DNA from: Promethearchaeota archaeon | GTDB taxonomy: Archaea > Asgardarchaeota > Lokiarchaeia > Sigyniarchaeales > Promethearchaeaceae | Assembly (NCBI GenBank): GCA_016933055.1 | Contig: JAFGBS010000034.1 | Span: forward strand, 144,727 to 176,726 | Reading direction: 5' to 3' | DNA length: 32,000 bases | Notes under the pieces: model-generated | What the model was told of the DNA's origin: nothing | Databases searched by the model: none | The model's input: only the letters and a program-made list of their open reading frames with translations | Translations under genes and position numbers: made by a program | Shown here: positions 1 to 9,663 of the stretch, piece after piece | Layout: the number at the start of each line of letters is the position of its first letter | Numbering within the stretch: the first letter of the stretch is position 1

Positions 1-272
1 GAGACTGTTTTTGTCCCCGGATCATGAATGGGCACTCCTTGAGAATGAACTTGATTAAACAGAGAATTAAAGAAGCTAAAATAGATGGAATTATTTTGCA
101 AAGATTAGAATTCTGTGATCTCCATGGATGTGAAAATATGTTGATCCAACAGGAAATGGAAGAAATAAATGGTACTCCCATATTATCAATTGATCGAGAA
201 TACCTTTTAGGGGATACAGGACGTCTTAGAACGAGAGTTGAAGCATTTTTGGAGAGGTTAGAGAGATCTTGA
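1..272 (+). CDS. 2-hydroxyacyl-CoA dehydratase / benzoyl-CoA reductase family subunit (HgdB/BcrC/BzdN-like), C-terminal part; 5' end lies outside the window
   Basis: The frame is open from position 3 (DCFCPRIMNGH...), so the ATG at 24 is probably internal. It has the family C-terminal motif IDGIILQRLEFCDLHGCE...LSIDREY...GRLRTRVEAFLE. The TGA stop overlaps the TTG start of the next gene. Confidence 0.85.
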   Translation, partial: DCFCPRIMNGHSLRMNLIKQRIKEAKIDGIILQRLEFCDLHGCENMLIQQEMEEINGTPILSIDREYLLGDTGRLRTRVEAFLERLERS

Positions 273-1552
273 AAGCCAATGTGAAACCAGTGGAAATGCT
301 GTATGAAGCAAGTCAGACAACTTTAGGGCTGATTGAAGGCGCGGTGCCTAAACATGAAATGCAAATTCTTAAATCATTTTTCAGATGCATGGAAAGTAAT
401 TTACGGATTAAATTGGAACAGATCGCTGAAGGAAAACCGATAATTGGACATCATTTCGCGTTTCCTTCAGAAGTTTTTTCATGTTTTGATGCTGTTCCTA
501 TATGTGTAGAAGCAATTTCCTACCTTTTCTCTGCATTGTTTACAACTGGATCGGAAAAATATTATGATCTCGCTAACTCTTGGGGGCATCCATATCATAG
601 TTGTACATCACAGAAGGGAATGATAGGTATGGCTTTAGAGCACAATTTCATAGATTTTGATGTTATTGCAATCCCCAGTGCTCCATGCGACAATACTATT
701 GCAAGCTACCAGTTTTTTTCAGAACACCTGAACATACCTACCATCGTTGCTGACATGCCGTATTATCATAATTCTAGGGGATATGAATATTATAGCAATG
801 AATTAGAATCCATGATCCAAGAATTAAGTACCATTCTGAATCAAGAACCTAATTACGAGAGATTACGTCAATCTATTATATATAGTAATCATGCGGTGGA
901 AAACCTCGCGGAAATAAATAATTTACGACGCTCGATTCCTTGCCCAGTGGAAAGTGTCTTCAATCCAATCGGAAGTGCGGTTCAAAACTTTTTTTCAGGA
1001 CAAGTTGAGAAGGAAATTTTTTATAACGAGGTGCTAGAGATTGCACGTGAACGAGTACGAACTAAAAAGGCTTGGAGGGAAACTGATGAAAGGGTAAGGA
1101 GTTTCTGGCCATATATGTCGGTTTTCTTTGATATAACTTTCTGTGAATGGCTGGATCGTAAGCTAGGAATGCCAATCGTTACTGATATATTCAATTACTT
1201 CTTTTTTGGTCCAATCAAGAATATTGAATCTTTAGATACTAAAGGAATGATTGATGGGTTAGCCTATCAGAGTATGGAATATCCAATGGTTAGACAATCC
1301 GAATCCTTTGCATCAGTATTTTTTGAGGATGCTGTGAACTTAGCTCACCAATTCAGTGCAGATTGTGCGATATTTACAGCTCATATAGGATGTAAACAAT
1401 CTGCATCGATGATTCAACTCATGAGAGAAATATTAAAAGAAGAAGTCGGAATTCCGATGTTAACAATTGAAATGGACATCGGGGATAAACGTATGACCAG
1501 TTTAGAGACCATTAAGAAGAAAGTATTGGAATTCACTCAAACTCTACTATAA
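269..1552 (+). CDS. 2-hydroxyacyl-CoA dehydratase / benzoyl-CoA reductase family subunit (HgdA/BcrB/BzdO-like)
   Basis: 427 aa with Cys motifs CTSQKG, PSAPCD and HIGCK, and the C-terminal PMLTIEMD.GD.R segment typical of this Fe-S family. Confidence 0.85.
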   Translation: MKANVKPVEMLYEASQTTLGLIEGAVPKHEMQILKSFFRCMESNLRIKLEQIAEGKPIIGHHFAFPSEVFSCFDAVPICVEAISYLFSALFTTGSEKYYDLANSWGHPYHSCTSQKGMIGMALEHNFIDFDVIAIPSAPCDNTIASYQFFSEHLNIPTIVADMPYYHNSRGYEYYSNELESMIQELSTILNQEPNYERLRQSIIYSNHAVENLAEINNLRRSIPCPVESVFNPIGSAVQNFFSGQVEKEIFYNEVLEIARERVRTKKAWRETDERVRSFWPYMSVFFDITFCEWLDRKLGMPIVTDIFNYFFFGPIKNIESLDTKGMIDGLAYQSMEYPMVRQSESFASVFFEDAVNLAHQFSADCAIFTAHIGCKQSASMIQLMREILKEEVGIPMLTIEMDIGDKRMTSLETIKKKVLEFTQTLL

Positions 1553-1572
1553 GAAGAATAGGACGAAAACCG

Positions 1573-2364
1573 ATGATATGCGGAATTGATGTTGGCAGTA
1601 TTTTGATAAAAGCGATAGTTCTAGACGAAAAAAATAGCAATGATATTGTCTTACAAGAAATTGGAAAATCAATCGGGAATCCCGAAGAATCTGTTACAAC
1701 CTTGATCAATAATATTCGAAAGAAGCTGAGATTAAAAAAACGGGATCTACAAATCGCATTTACCGGTAGGAACTGTGAAAACCTCACAATGAATCCCAAA
1801 ATAGCGGAGTTGAATTGTTTAGCAGAAGGAATTCATACGTCTTCAGATCATAATCGAATCATTGTGGATATCGGGGGATTTACAAACAAGATTATTAAAA
1901 TCGATGAAACCGGGCGAATCATGGATTATCTGATGAATAATATCTGCAGTTCTGGGTCAGGTGTGTTTATTTCTTTAATCTGTAAATCTCTTGGCATCGA
2001 TATTATGGAGATAGATACCTATGCATTCAAATCTGAACATCCCCATCCTATCAGTAGTCAATGTTCTATTTTTGCCGAGACAGAAGTAATCTATCTCATG
2101 AATGAAGGAAAACAAATTGAGGATATTGTAGCAGGTGCGTGTAAATCAATAACTGGGAGACTGATACCTTTAATTCTTAAAATTGGAAGGGAAATTAATC
2201 AAGTTCTTATGTTAACAGGAGGATTAGCAAAGTCTGAATTCATTAAACAAGACTTAATGGAGCAGTTGCATATAGAAGTGAAGAACCCCTCCATCGATCC
2301 CATATTTACTTGTGCGTATGGATGTGCCCGTTCATTACAAAATACCAGCAAGGAGGAAATTTAA
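1573..2364 (+). CDS. Divergent ASKHA-fold CoA-substrate-specific enzyme activator (HgdC/BcrD/BzdP-like)
   Basis: 263 aa with GIDVGS, IVDIGG, MNNICSSGSG, SQCSIFAETE and LTGGLA. Both cluster Cys are retained, but the TGYGR and DxGGQD motifs are altered (TGRNCE, DIGGFT). Confidence 0.8.
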   Translation: MICGIDVGSILIKAIVLDEKNSNDIVLQEIGKSIGNPEESVTTLINNIRKKLRLKKRDLQIAFTGRNCENLTMNPKIAELNCLAEGIHTSSDHNRIIVDIGGFTNKIIKIDETGRIMDYLMNNICSSGSGVFISLICKSLGIDIMEIDTYAFKSEHPHPISSQCSIFAETEVIYLMNEGKQIEDIVAGACKSITGRLIPLILKIGREINQVLMLTGGLAKSEFIKQDLMEQLHIEVKNPSIDPIFTCAYGCARSLQNTSKEEI

Positions 2365-2368
2365 TAAC

Positions 2369-3142
2369 ATGTTATATGCCGGGATCGACATCGGAAGTTT
2401 AACCGGAAAAGCGGTTATAATGAAGGATGATGACCTAATTTCAAGTTCTATCATTCAAGTAAAGAGAAATCCCGTCTTGACCTCAGAACTGGTATATACA
2501 GATGCTTTATCAAAAACTGGATTCACACCCGATGAAATTGATTATTGCGTGGGGACAGGTTATGGACGGGAACGGATTCCTTATATCAACAAATCATTAA
2601 GTGAAATCAGTTGCCATGGAAGGGGAGCCTTCTTCCTAAATAATGCAATCCGTTCAATTATTGATGTGGGAGGCCAGGACTGTAAAGTTATTTCTATTGA
2701 TGAATATGGCGAGTTAGTAGACTTTCGAATGAATGAGAAATGTGCCGCAGGAACGGGTCGATATTTAGAAATCATGGCAGACTTATTAGGTCTCGCATTG
2801 CCAGAGTTGGGCGCCATCTCCTTAAAGTCCAAAACTCCAATCTCCTTATCGAGTGAATGCAGTATTTATGCACAATCAGAGGTTTTGAATTATATATCTC
2901 GAAAAATAAAAAAAGCAGACATTGCAGCGGGAATTAACCATGCAATGGCGCAGCGTGTCCATAAAATGACAGAAAAAATTAACTTGCAACCTAAATTCAC
3001 CATCACTGGAGGTGTAGCTAAAAATGTGGGAGTTGTGAAAGCGTTAGAAAGACTAATGAAAGTAGAATTTCAATCATTAAGTATAGATTCCCAATTAATT
3101 GGTGCATTGGGTGCTGCAATCTTTGCAAAATCTTATTGGTGA
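2369..3142 (+). CDS. CoA-substrate-specific enzyme activator (HgdC/BcrA/BzdQ-like ATPase, [4Fe-4S])
   Basis: Canonical motifs GIDIGS, TGYGR, DVGGQDCK, MNEKCAAGTG, SECSIYAQSE and TGGVAKN. I moved the start from 2312 to the ATG at 2369, which follows AAGGAGG (2350-2356) and directly precedes the GIDIGS motif. Confidence 0.9.
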   Translation: MLYAGIDIGSLTGKAVIMKDDDLISSSIIQVKRNPVLTSELVYTDALSKTGFTPDEIDYCVGTGYGRERIPYINKSLSEISCHGRGAFFLNNAIRSIIDVGGQDCKVISIDEYGELVDFRMNEKCAAGTGRYLEIMADLLGLALPELGAISLKSKTPISLSSECSIYAQSEVLNYISRKIKKADIAAGINHAMAQRVHKMTEKINLQPKFTITGGVAKNVGVVKALERLMKVEFQSLSIDSQLIGALGAAIFAKSYW

Positions 3143-3145
3143 TCA

Positions 3146-4141
3146 TTATTTTATATATCCATTCTCCCGATACCAATCAACTGCTTTCTCAATAGTATGT
3201 TTTATCGGAGTTTGGGGCAACCCTAATTCATCTATTGCTTTCGAACAATCAAAATGTTCTCCCATTTTTCCCAAACGTACTTGAGATACTGATACCGTAG
3301 GAGGTTTTTTTGTTATTCGGGATCCTAATTGGAATAAATACCCTAAGAAAATTGCAAGTCTATATGGAATTTTCAGTTTTGGAGGTTTTACTCCCGTAAT
3401 TTCTGCGATTAGGTTAAAAAATTCACCAACATATATATTATTATTTCCAAAGAGATATCTCTCTCCACTTCGTCCTTTCTTCGCTGCTAAGATGTGTCCT
3501 CGCGCAACATCTTCTACGTCTATGACATTAATCGCTCCTTCAATATATCCTGGCATATCACCGTTCGCAATGTCAACAATTAAGGCTCCTGATGGAGTAG
3601 GTTTACTATCCCCTACTCCAATTACTAACGTTGGATTCACAATGACCATAGGAAGTCCTTTTTCACAAATTTTCTTTGCTTCAATCTCTGCTAAATATTT
3701 AGAAATCGCATAATGATCCTTTGCCTTCCAACCGTTAAATTCGGCTTCCTCCGTGACATAGTTCCCAGCTCCATGAGAACCAATAGTATTTGATGTACTT
3801 GTATAGACTACTTTTTCAAATCCTTGAGATAAAGCTTCTTCGAGAAGAGTTTTGGTTCCTTCCACATTAATATCGTAAAACAATTGGGTATTTGGTGACC
3901 AATGCGCAAAATATGCAGCAACATGATATAGTGTATCGCATCCTTTCAACGCGTTTTTTACCGATTCTCTATTCCGAATATCACAATAAACTTTTTCTAC
4001 ATCCAAATCATTAATATTACGCGTATCACTATTCTTTCTAAGAGTAATTCGTATCTCTTCGCCATCCTTTATCAATTCTCTTACAACATTGGAACCAATG
4101 AAACCAGTTGCACCAGTAACTAGAGTTTTCAATTTAATCAC
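3146..4141 (-). CDS. Extended SDR, NAD-dependent epimerase/dehydratase (HpnA/dihydroflavonol-reductase-like)
   Basis: Motifs TGATGFIG, HVAA, YTST, YxxxK (YAISK) and VNPT..G.GD..PTPSG. GTG start; the substrate cannot be assigned. Confidence 0.85.
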   Translation of the reverse strand: MIKLKTLVTGATGFIGSNVVRELIKDGEEIRITLRKNSDTRNINDLDVEKVYCDIRNRESVKNALKGCDTLYHVAAYFAHWSPNTQLFYDINVEGTKTLLEEALSQGFEKVVYTSTSNTIGSHGAGNYVTEEAEFNGWKAKDHYAISKYLAEIEAKKICEKGLPMVIVNPTLVIGVGDSKPTPSGALIVDIANGDMPGYIEGAINVIDVEDVARGHILAAKKGRSGERYLFGNNNIYVGEFFNLIAEITGVKPPKLKIPYRLAIFLGYLFQLGSRITKKPPTVSVSQVRLGKMGEHFDCSKAIDELGLPQTPIKHTIEKAVDWYRENGYIK

Positions 4142-4301
4142 ATTATAGAGAAGGCTCTACAGAAATAAATCTTCAAAATTTCAGACTTAAAACTCCATAC
4201 CCTATTGAGGACATGAATTCGGAGTTAAAAGATAAATAATGATGATTGGGATATTCCTAGGAATTTAAATAAACCTTTAACCAAATCAAATTTTAGAATG
4301 G

Positions 4302-5081
4302 TTGATGAAGAGGATGAAAAAGGATCAGTACACTTTAGCGTACATCAATTTGAATGCTGTAATCAAAAGTATTGTACATTTGTATGAATTAGATAAAGAA
4401 ATCAAGGATTTAGTGGGAGACAGAAATATTGCTATTCAATTTATAGTTAGAAAGGGTCCCTCTGCTTTACTTAAGTTTGAAAATGGAAAGTGCACCTTCC
4501 TAGAGGGACGGCATAAAAATGATGTGTTATTATTTTTCGTTTCACCAATTCATTTCAATAACATGATTAATGGAAAATCTAACCCAATTCCTCTAAAAGG
4601 TTTCATAAAATTAGGGTTCTTGACAAAAGAGTTTAATACAATTACGAAGAAACTCGAATATTATCTTAGACCGACTAGAGATCTGTTAGAAAATGAGAAT
4701 TATGCTAAAATAAATACGATTCTAGCATTCTATACTGCTTTTAATGCCTTATGTCAGGTTGCTAATACCGATGAGGTTGGAAAATACACTGCTAAACGGT
4801 TAAGCGATGGAAATGCATTAGCTACGATAGGTACCTCTGAAAAAGTCTATATTGAAGTTAAAAAGCATACATTAAAAACGTATATTGGAGAACCAGAGAA
4901 AGTCCATGCAAGGATGGAATTTGTTGATTATGAAACCGCAAGTGGTATGTTAAACGATACAGTAGACGCTTATAGCTGTATAGGAAGTAAGAGGTTAAAA
5001 CTGTCAGGATATATTCCACTGCTTGAAGATTTGAATGCATTGTTGTATCAAACATCGATGTACTTGAAGGAGGATACATAA
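4302..5081 (+). CDS. Hypothetical protein with two SCP2-like (sterol-carrier-fold) segments
   Basis: 259 aa with two beta-rich halves ending in SCP2-like signatures (DVLLFFVSPIHFNNMING; ARMEFVDYETASGMLNDTVDAYSCIGSKRLKLSG). The fold call is by pattern recognition only, and the start could be 4305 or 4314. Confidence 0.55.
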   Translation: MMKRMKKDQYTLAYINLNAVIKSIVHLYELDKEIKDLVGDRNIAIQFIVRKGPSALLKFENGKCTFLEGRHKNDVLLFFVSPIHFNNMINGKSNPIPLKGFIKLGFLTKEFNTITKKLEYYLRPTRDLLENENYAKINTILAFYTAFNALCQVANTDEVGKYTAKRLSDGNALATIGTSEKVYIEVKKHTLKTYIGEPEKVHARMEFVDYETASGMLNDTVDAYSCIGSKRLKLSGYIPLLEDLNALLYQTSMYLKEDT

Positions 5082-5083
5082 AA

Positions 5084-6331
5084 ATGAAAACTAATGAATA
5101 TAATGAATCAATGAAACTATTCAAAAGAGCATTAAAAGTCATTCCAACTGGAGTTCCAAGTCATTTGGGACCAGTTAATGGGTGTTTTATACCGATTGAT
5201 GCTTTTCCACTATTCTCCGGGAAAGCAGAGGGATCTTACTTCTGGGATGTTGATGGCAACAAATTTATTGATTATATGTGTGCTTATGGACCAAACATCT
5301 TGGGATATAATGATCCGGATGTTGAAAATACCGCTAAAGAACAAATGCTGCTTGGCAACTGCGTTACTTTACCTTCAATAAAAAGCATCGAAATGGCTGA
5401 GTTGTTAGTAAATACCGTTGAAATGGCAGATTGGGCATTTTTTGCAAAGAATGGAGGAGATGTTACCAATTTTTCATTGATGATTGCTAAAGCCAAAACA
5501 GGTAGAACGAAGACACTTTTAATCAAAGGCGGATACCATGGAATCGCACCATGGACACAAAAACTAGGAATGCCGGGTGTCATTTATGACGATATAAAAA
5601 ATAATATTTATGTGGATTGGAACGATTATGAGCAAGTAGAACGTGCTATTGAAAAAAATAAAGATGAGATTGCATGTTTTCTGGCAACTCCCTATCATCA
5701 TCCGACATTCGAAGATAATCAAATGCCTAAGGATAAGTACTGGCAAAAAATTAGAAAGTTATGCACGGATAATGGTATAATTCTCGCTATTGATGACATC
5801 AGATGCGGATTTAGACTAGATTTGAAAGGAAGTGACCATTATTTCGGCTTTAAAGCTGATCTCTTATGTCTTTCAAAAACGCTTGGAAATGGTTGGAATC
5901 TCTCTGCAATTTTGGGAACCGATGAAATGAAATTAGCCGCTTCAAATGTTTTCTACACCGGAACTTACTGGTTAAGTTCAATACCATTTGCAGCCGGAAT
6001 TGCCACAATAAATAAGTTAAAACAGATTAACGCGACTGAGTTGATGAAAAAACTTGGTGAGAAGCTGACAAATGGATTGAATAAGGTTGCAAAGGATAAT
6101 GGATTTAATTTAAAGGTAACAGGGCATCCCTCAATGTGGTTTATGAGAATAGCAGATGATGATACTTTGAATTTACATCAAGAATGGATTGCTGAATGCG
6201 TAAAACGAGGTGTTTTCTTTACTAGCCACCATAATCAATTCATTAACTGTTCCTTAACTGAAGCTGATATAGAAGTAACTTTGAAGGTCGCAGATGAAGC
6301 CTTTAAAGTAGTGAGGAAAAATCATTCTTAG
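5084..6331 (+). CDS. Class III PLP-dependent aminotransferase, glutamate-1-semialdehyde aminomutase-like
   Basis: Motifs GSYFWDVDGNKFIDYMCAYGP, GGYHG, IDDIRCGFR and the PLP lysine in SKTLGNG. It starts 2 bp after the previous stop, suggesting an operon. Confidence 0.85.
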   Translation: MKTNEYNESMKLFKRALKVIPTGVPSHLGPVNGCFIPIDAFPLFSGKAEGSYFWDVDGNKFIDYMCAYGPNILGYNDPDVENTAKEQMLLGNCVTLPSIKSIEMAELLVNTVEMADWAFFAKNGGDVTNFSLMIAKAKTGRTKTLLIKGGYHGIAPWTQKLGMPGVIYDDIKNNIYVDWNDYEQVERAIEKNKDEIACFLATPYHHPTFEDNQMPKDKYWQKIRKLCTDNGIILAIDDIRCGFRLDLKGSDHYFGFKADLLCLSKTLGNGWNLSAILGTDEMKLAASNVFYTGTYWLSSIPFAAGIATINKLKQINATELMKKLGEKLTNGLNKVAKDNGFNLKVTGHPSMWFMRIADDDTLNLHQEWIAECVKRGVFFTSHHNQFINCSLTEADIEVTLKVADEAFKVVRKNHS

Positions 6332-6380
6332 ATTAGATTCTCGTTACATGGGATTTCGCTTAAAATTGAACATGTTCTGA

Positions 6381-6834
6381 TTACAAACTAAATGGAAGTT
6401 TATAGTCCCTTTTTTTACCAATCCCATAACCAATGAAACCACCGACAATGAACAATCCTATTATTGTGCTCTAAAGGATCCACGGTCCTGCAGGTTTGAA
6501 ATTCAATAATAATACCCCAAGACCAGTGATTCCACATATTAATGCAAACACAAAAAACAATCCAAACCCGATAGCGAAGGTTCCAAAAGCGATGTATACG
6601 ACTTTATTTACTATTTTAGAAGGTTTTACTCTGATATAATAGGCAACAAGCAATACTAAAAATAACATAATTTCGGAAAGAATGAATATAATTTTGTTAT
6701 CCGCAAAAAAATAAAAGGTGATACCCGAACCAATCATCGAAATAAAAATTACTATCCAAAACGGTTTCCACCATTTTAGTTTTGGTGGTTTTTCATCATG
6801 TGTGTGTAATATTTGTGCTGTGATTGTCACTCAT
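6381..6834 (-). pseudogene. Small multi-TM membrane protein gene interrupted by an in-frame TAG (6471-6473); disrupted or recoded
   Basis: The track ORF 6471-6830 stops at TAG, but the same frame continues with STIIGLFIVGGFIGYGIGKKRDYKLPFSL to TAA at 6381-6383. That is a further hydrophobic helix with a basic tail. The best ATG (6834) is out of frame with the body of the gene, across a short (CA)n tract at 6799-6807. Confidence 0.55.
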
Positions 6835-6937
6835 TTTTATTAATTATAACAATGTTCAATATTGTATTAAGTAAAATGGTTCTTCATTGCAAAACCAATG
6901 ATGTATGATCCTTTTTTATTTTAAAGACCAACAAAAT

Positions 6938-7711
6938 TTAGTTGGTTTCTAATAAATTCTGAGCGATCCTTTTGATTGCTTTAACAGCTACACTACTATC
7001 GTCAAGTATATCAAGTGATTCTCCCATTTGTTCAATTTTTATTAATTTCTCATCAAAAGGAACCACTCCAATGATTGGAATCCCGACTTGTTCGATTTTG
7101 TCTTTGAACTTCGCATCAAAATCTCCCATTTTTTTATTTACAATCAATCCAATCTTCTTAAAACCGATAAAATTGTTTGCTGATTTGGCAATGAACTCAG
7201 CAGTTTCTACACTACGAAGAGAATAATCCGTTATAATGATTATATAATCTACTTCACCCAAAACCTGGCGGTGAATCTGTTCCAATCCGGCTTCTGCATC
7301 AATTAAAATCAAATCATAGTCTTGAATCACGGTAGAAATCACATTGCGCAATAACGAATTTGTTGCACAAAAACAACCTTTAGAATCCGGTTGTCCCATC
7401 ACTAGTAGTGAATATTTATCTGTATCCATAATAGATTGCTCAATAATTATATCAATTTTTTCTGCCAGTTTTTGGTTTTCGTCCTCTTTTCCTCGTAATG
7501 CTACTTGAATAATTTGCTTTCGTACTGATTCCATCGAACGATTTGATTTTTGATTTAAAAGATGGGTCAGATGACTCATTGTAGGATCTGCATCGATTAA
7601 TAGGGGGTAATATCCTAAATCTATCATATTTTGAGCGAAAAGATATGTAAAAATTGTCTTGCCTGTCCCCCCCTTTCCAGTAACTGCCACTACTCTGATA
7701 TCACTTTTCAT
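6938..7711 (-). CDS. cooC: CooC/AcsF-type nickel-insertion ATPase (CODH/ACS maturation factor family)
   Basis: Deviant Walker A GKGGTGKT, plus IDADP, the GCFC metal motif and DAEAGLEQIHR. Confidence 0.85.
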   Translation of the reverse strand: MKSDIRVVAVTGKGGTGKTIFTYLFAQNMIDLGYYPLLIDADPTMSHLTHLLNQKSNRSMESVRKQIIQVALRGKEDENQKLAEKIDIIIEQSIMDTDKYSLLVMGQPDSKGCFCATNSLLRNVISTVIQDYDLILIDAEAGLEQIHRQVLGEVDYIIIITDYSLRSVETAEFIAKSANNFIGFKKIGLIVNKKMGDFDAKFKDKIEQVGIPIIGVVPFDEKLIKIEQMGESLDILDDSSVAVKAIKRIAQNLLETN

Positions 7712-8469
7712 TCATCCGCTCTCCGTATTTTATTCCTTTTTGCAATCATGTCCCGTATTTGATCACATATTGCTCGGTTATCACAAATATTGCACTCCGC
7801 TTCAAGATCACAATCAGGACGAAGTTTCTGAATTTCCTTTATTTTTTGCTGAAACTGCTTTATCGATTCCACCCTAGATATATCATGTAGCTTTTTGAAA
7901 TATGCAAGTAGTATATCAACATCCACAGCCATTAGTATTTCGATAGCTGTAATTCTACTTTGAAATTCCATTTTAACCAAATGAATCAAAGTTGAACCGA
8001 TATGGAACAAACTTAATCCGGATTCTACTAAATCACTACTTATTTGATACCAAGAAAGGCGGCCAATGCGTTTTTCAAAAAACCCTTCAACTGAATGAGA
8101 TAGAACGGAAATTCTTTGTATTTTTTGTATATCGGAGTTAGAGATAGTATTTCCTCCCATCAACATAAGAAATCCAAAATCACATCTCCTAAGGGGTATA
8201 TCGGATATATCTTGACCAATTACTGTAATTCTCAAGTTATGAATACCAGATGGATCCTCAAGACTAAGAAATGTTTTGATTATTGGACGCTCTCGGGATC
8301 CAAGTTCCATCCCTACATTCTCTTCTAATAATACCCCGTCCCAAATTCGTTTACCTATTTTTAAAATATTTGGTTTGTTGTTTCTATCCTCGCAGTTCCA
8401 AACATAATAATTCGGACTCTGCAATTTCTGCTTTTCAATCATAGTACGAATCTCTTGCAGATTTACCAT
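7708..8469 (-). CDS. CdhC/acetyl-CoA synthase beta-subunit-like standalone domain protein with a C-terminal Cys cluster
   Basis: 253 aa. The MELGS...ITVIGQDISDI segment resembles the ACS middle domain, and the C-terminus is C-x5-C-x2-C-x5-C (CDLEAECNICDNRAIC). It overlaps cooC by 4 bp. Confidence 0.55.
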   Translation of the reverse strand: MVNLQEIRTMIEKQKLQSPNYYVWNCEDRNNKPNILKIGKRIWDGVLLEENVGMELGSRERPIIKTFLSLEDPSGIHNLRITVIGQDISDIPLRRCDFGFLMLMGGNTISNSDIQKIQRISVLSHSVEGFFEKRIGRLSWYQISSDLVESGLSLFHIGSTLIHLVKMEFQSRITAIEILMAVDVDILLAYFKKLHDISRVESIKQFQQKIKEIQKLRPDCDLEAECNICDNRAICDQIRDMIAKRNKIRRADE

Positions 8470-8481
8470 ATGGCAAGCAAC

Positions 8482-9663
8482 TCACAATAGACATTTATCT
8501 AAAATCTCAATCAAATCCAGTACTTGCATATTAGATTTATGTAATTTATTAGCATCCTCTAAATTTGTTTTACAGAAGGGACATGTGGAAACGATGGTTG
8601 TCACTCCCGTTTCTCTTGCTTCTTCAATCCTCTCAAAAGCTACTTCTGTAGCCCAATCAGGATACCCTATCTTTACTCCTCCACCGCTTCCACAGCACCA
8701 TGCAAACTCTCGATTTCGTTTCATTTCAATTAAGTCTAGATTAGAAATTTTAGCAATTAGTTCACGAGGGGCTTCGTAAATCCCCATATGTCTTCCCAAA
8801 TGACAGGGGTCATGATAAGTAATCCAATGAACATTATTTTCCTTTTTTGGAATGGGATGTTCTTTAAAATATTCATTTAGAAATTCAGATGTATGCAGAA
8901 TCTTGATTTCTGGTGGAAAACCGAATCCATACTTGGGAAAATCTTTGAAAAGTGTGCGATAACACCCGGCACATGATGTTAATATCATAGTCGCGCCCGT
9001 TCGCCTAATTTCATCAACATTATGCTGCATAAGATTGGAAATTTTCTTTATTTGGCCTGTTCGAATTAAAGGTGATCCACAACAGTACTCATTAACGATT
9101 GTAAAATCAATTCCCAATTTTTTCAAAACTGACAATGTAGCATCACGAATTGTTTGTTGCCGATAAGTAGAGGTGCAACCGATAAAATATACAATATTGG
9201 CTTTATCCGGTAGGATGTATTTTCGTTTTATTAACTCCATATCAAAATGAGGTTCATTATATGGATTATGAGTGGTTTGTACACGTTCAAATATCTTCGA
9301 CGGTCTTTCCGGAGCTCCAATAGAATCCACGATGAGTTCTCTTAGACTTTCAATAATATTTACGATAGTGTCTTGATGGGGTGCTTGGCAACTCACTTCA
9401 CAAGCTCCGCAGGTGGGACACGCAAAAACTGCATCATACAATTCGTTCGTTATTGGAATATCACCATTCAGTATTCCTCGGGCAATTTTTATACGACCTG
9501 ATGCCCAAAAAGACTCAAATAAGAATTTTTCTCCTGAAGGACAAGATCTAAAAAATTCATCTTTTGCATATTTACAAGTATTACAGCGAATACATCTATC
9601 CAAAGTGGAGGGTAGAGCAAAATTTGCATTACTAGAAAGATGTTCGATTAGTTTTTCATTCAT
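8482..9663 (-). CDS. (Fe-S)-binding CCG-domain protein (HdrD/GlpC/GlcF-like)
   Basis: N-terminal CIRCNTC and CPTCGACEVSC ferredoxin motifs, followed by two CCG domains (GC...CCG...CAGC; HDPCHLGR...CCGSGGG...CPFC). The start is probably the ATG at 9663 overlapping the upstream TGA; 9672 is the alternative. Confidence 0.9.
   Translation of the reverse strand: MNEKLIEHLSSNANFALPSTLDRCIRCNTCKYAKDEFFRSCPSGEKFLFESFWASGRIKIARGILNGDIPITNELYDAVFACPTCGACEVSCQAPHQDTIVNIIESLRELIVDSIGAPERPSKIFERVQTTHNPYNEPHFDMELIKRKYILPDKANIVYFIGCTSTYRQQTIRDATLSVLKKLGIDFTIVNEYCCGSPLIRTGQIKKISNLMQHNVDEIRRTGATMILTSCAGCYRTLFKDFPKYGFGFPPEIKILHTSEFLNEYFKEHPIPKKENNVHWITYHDPCHLGRHMGIYEAPRELIAKISNLDLIEMKRNREFAWCCGSGGGVKIGYPDWATEVAFERIEEARETGVTTIVSTCPFCKTNLEDANKLHKSNMQVLDLIEILDKCLL

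Noticed and set aside
3146-4141. HpnA-like SDR as evidence of hopanoid synthesis
   Set aside because: There is no squalene-hopene cyclase or other hpn gene here, and the similarity is only at SDR-subfamily level.
4190-4230. Possible stem-loop upstream of the SDR gene (minus strand AACTCC...ATGTCCT-CAAT-AGGGTAT...GGAGTT)
   Set aside because: The stems are short, G.U-rich and bulged, with no SECIS-like core in register and no known motif. This could arise by chance.
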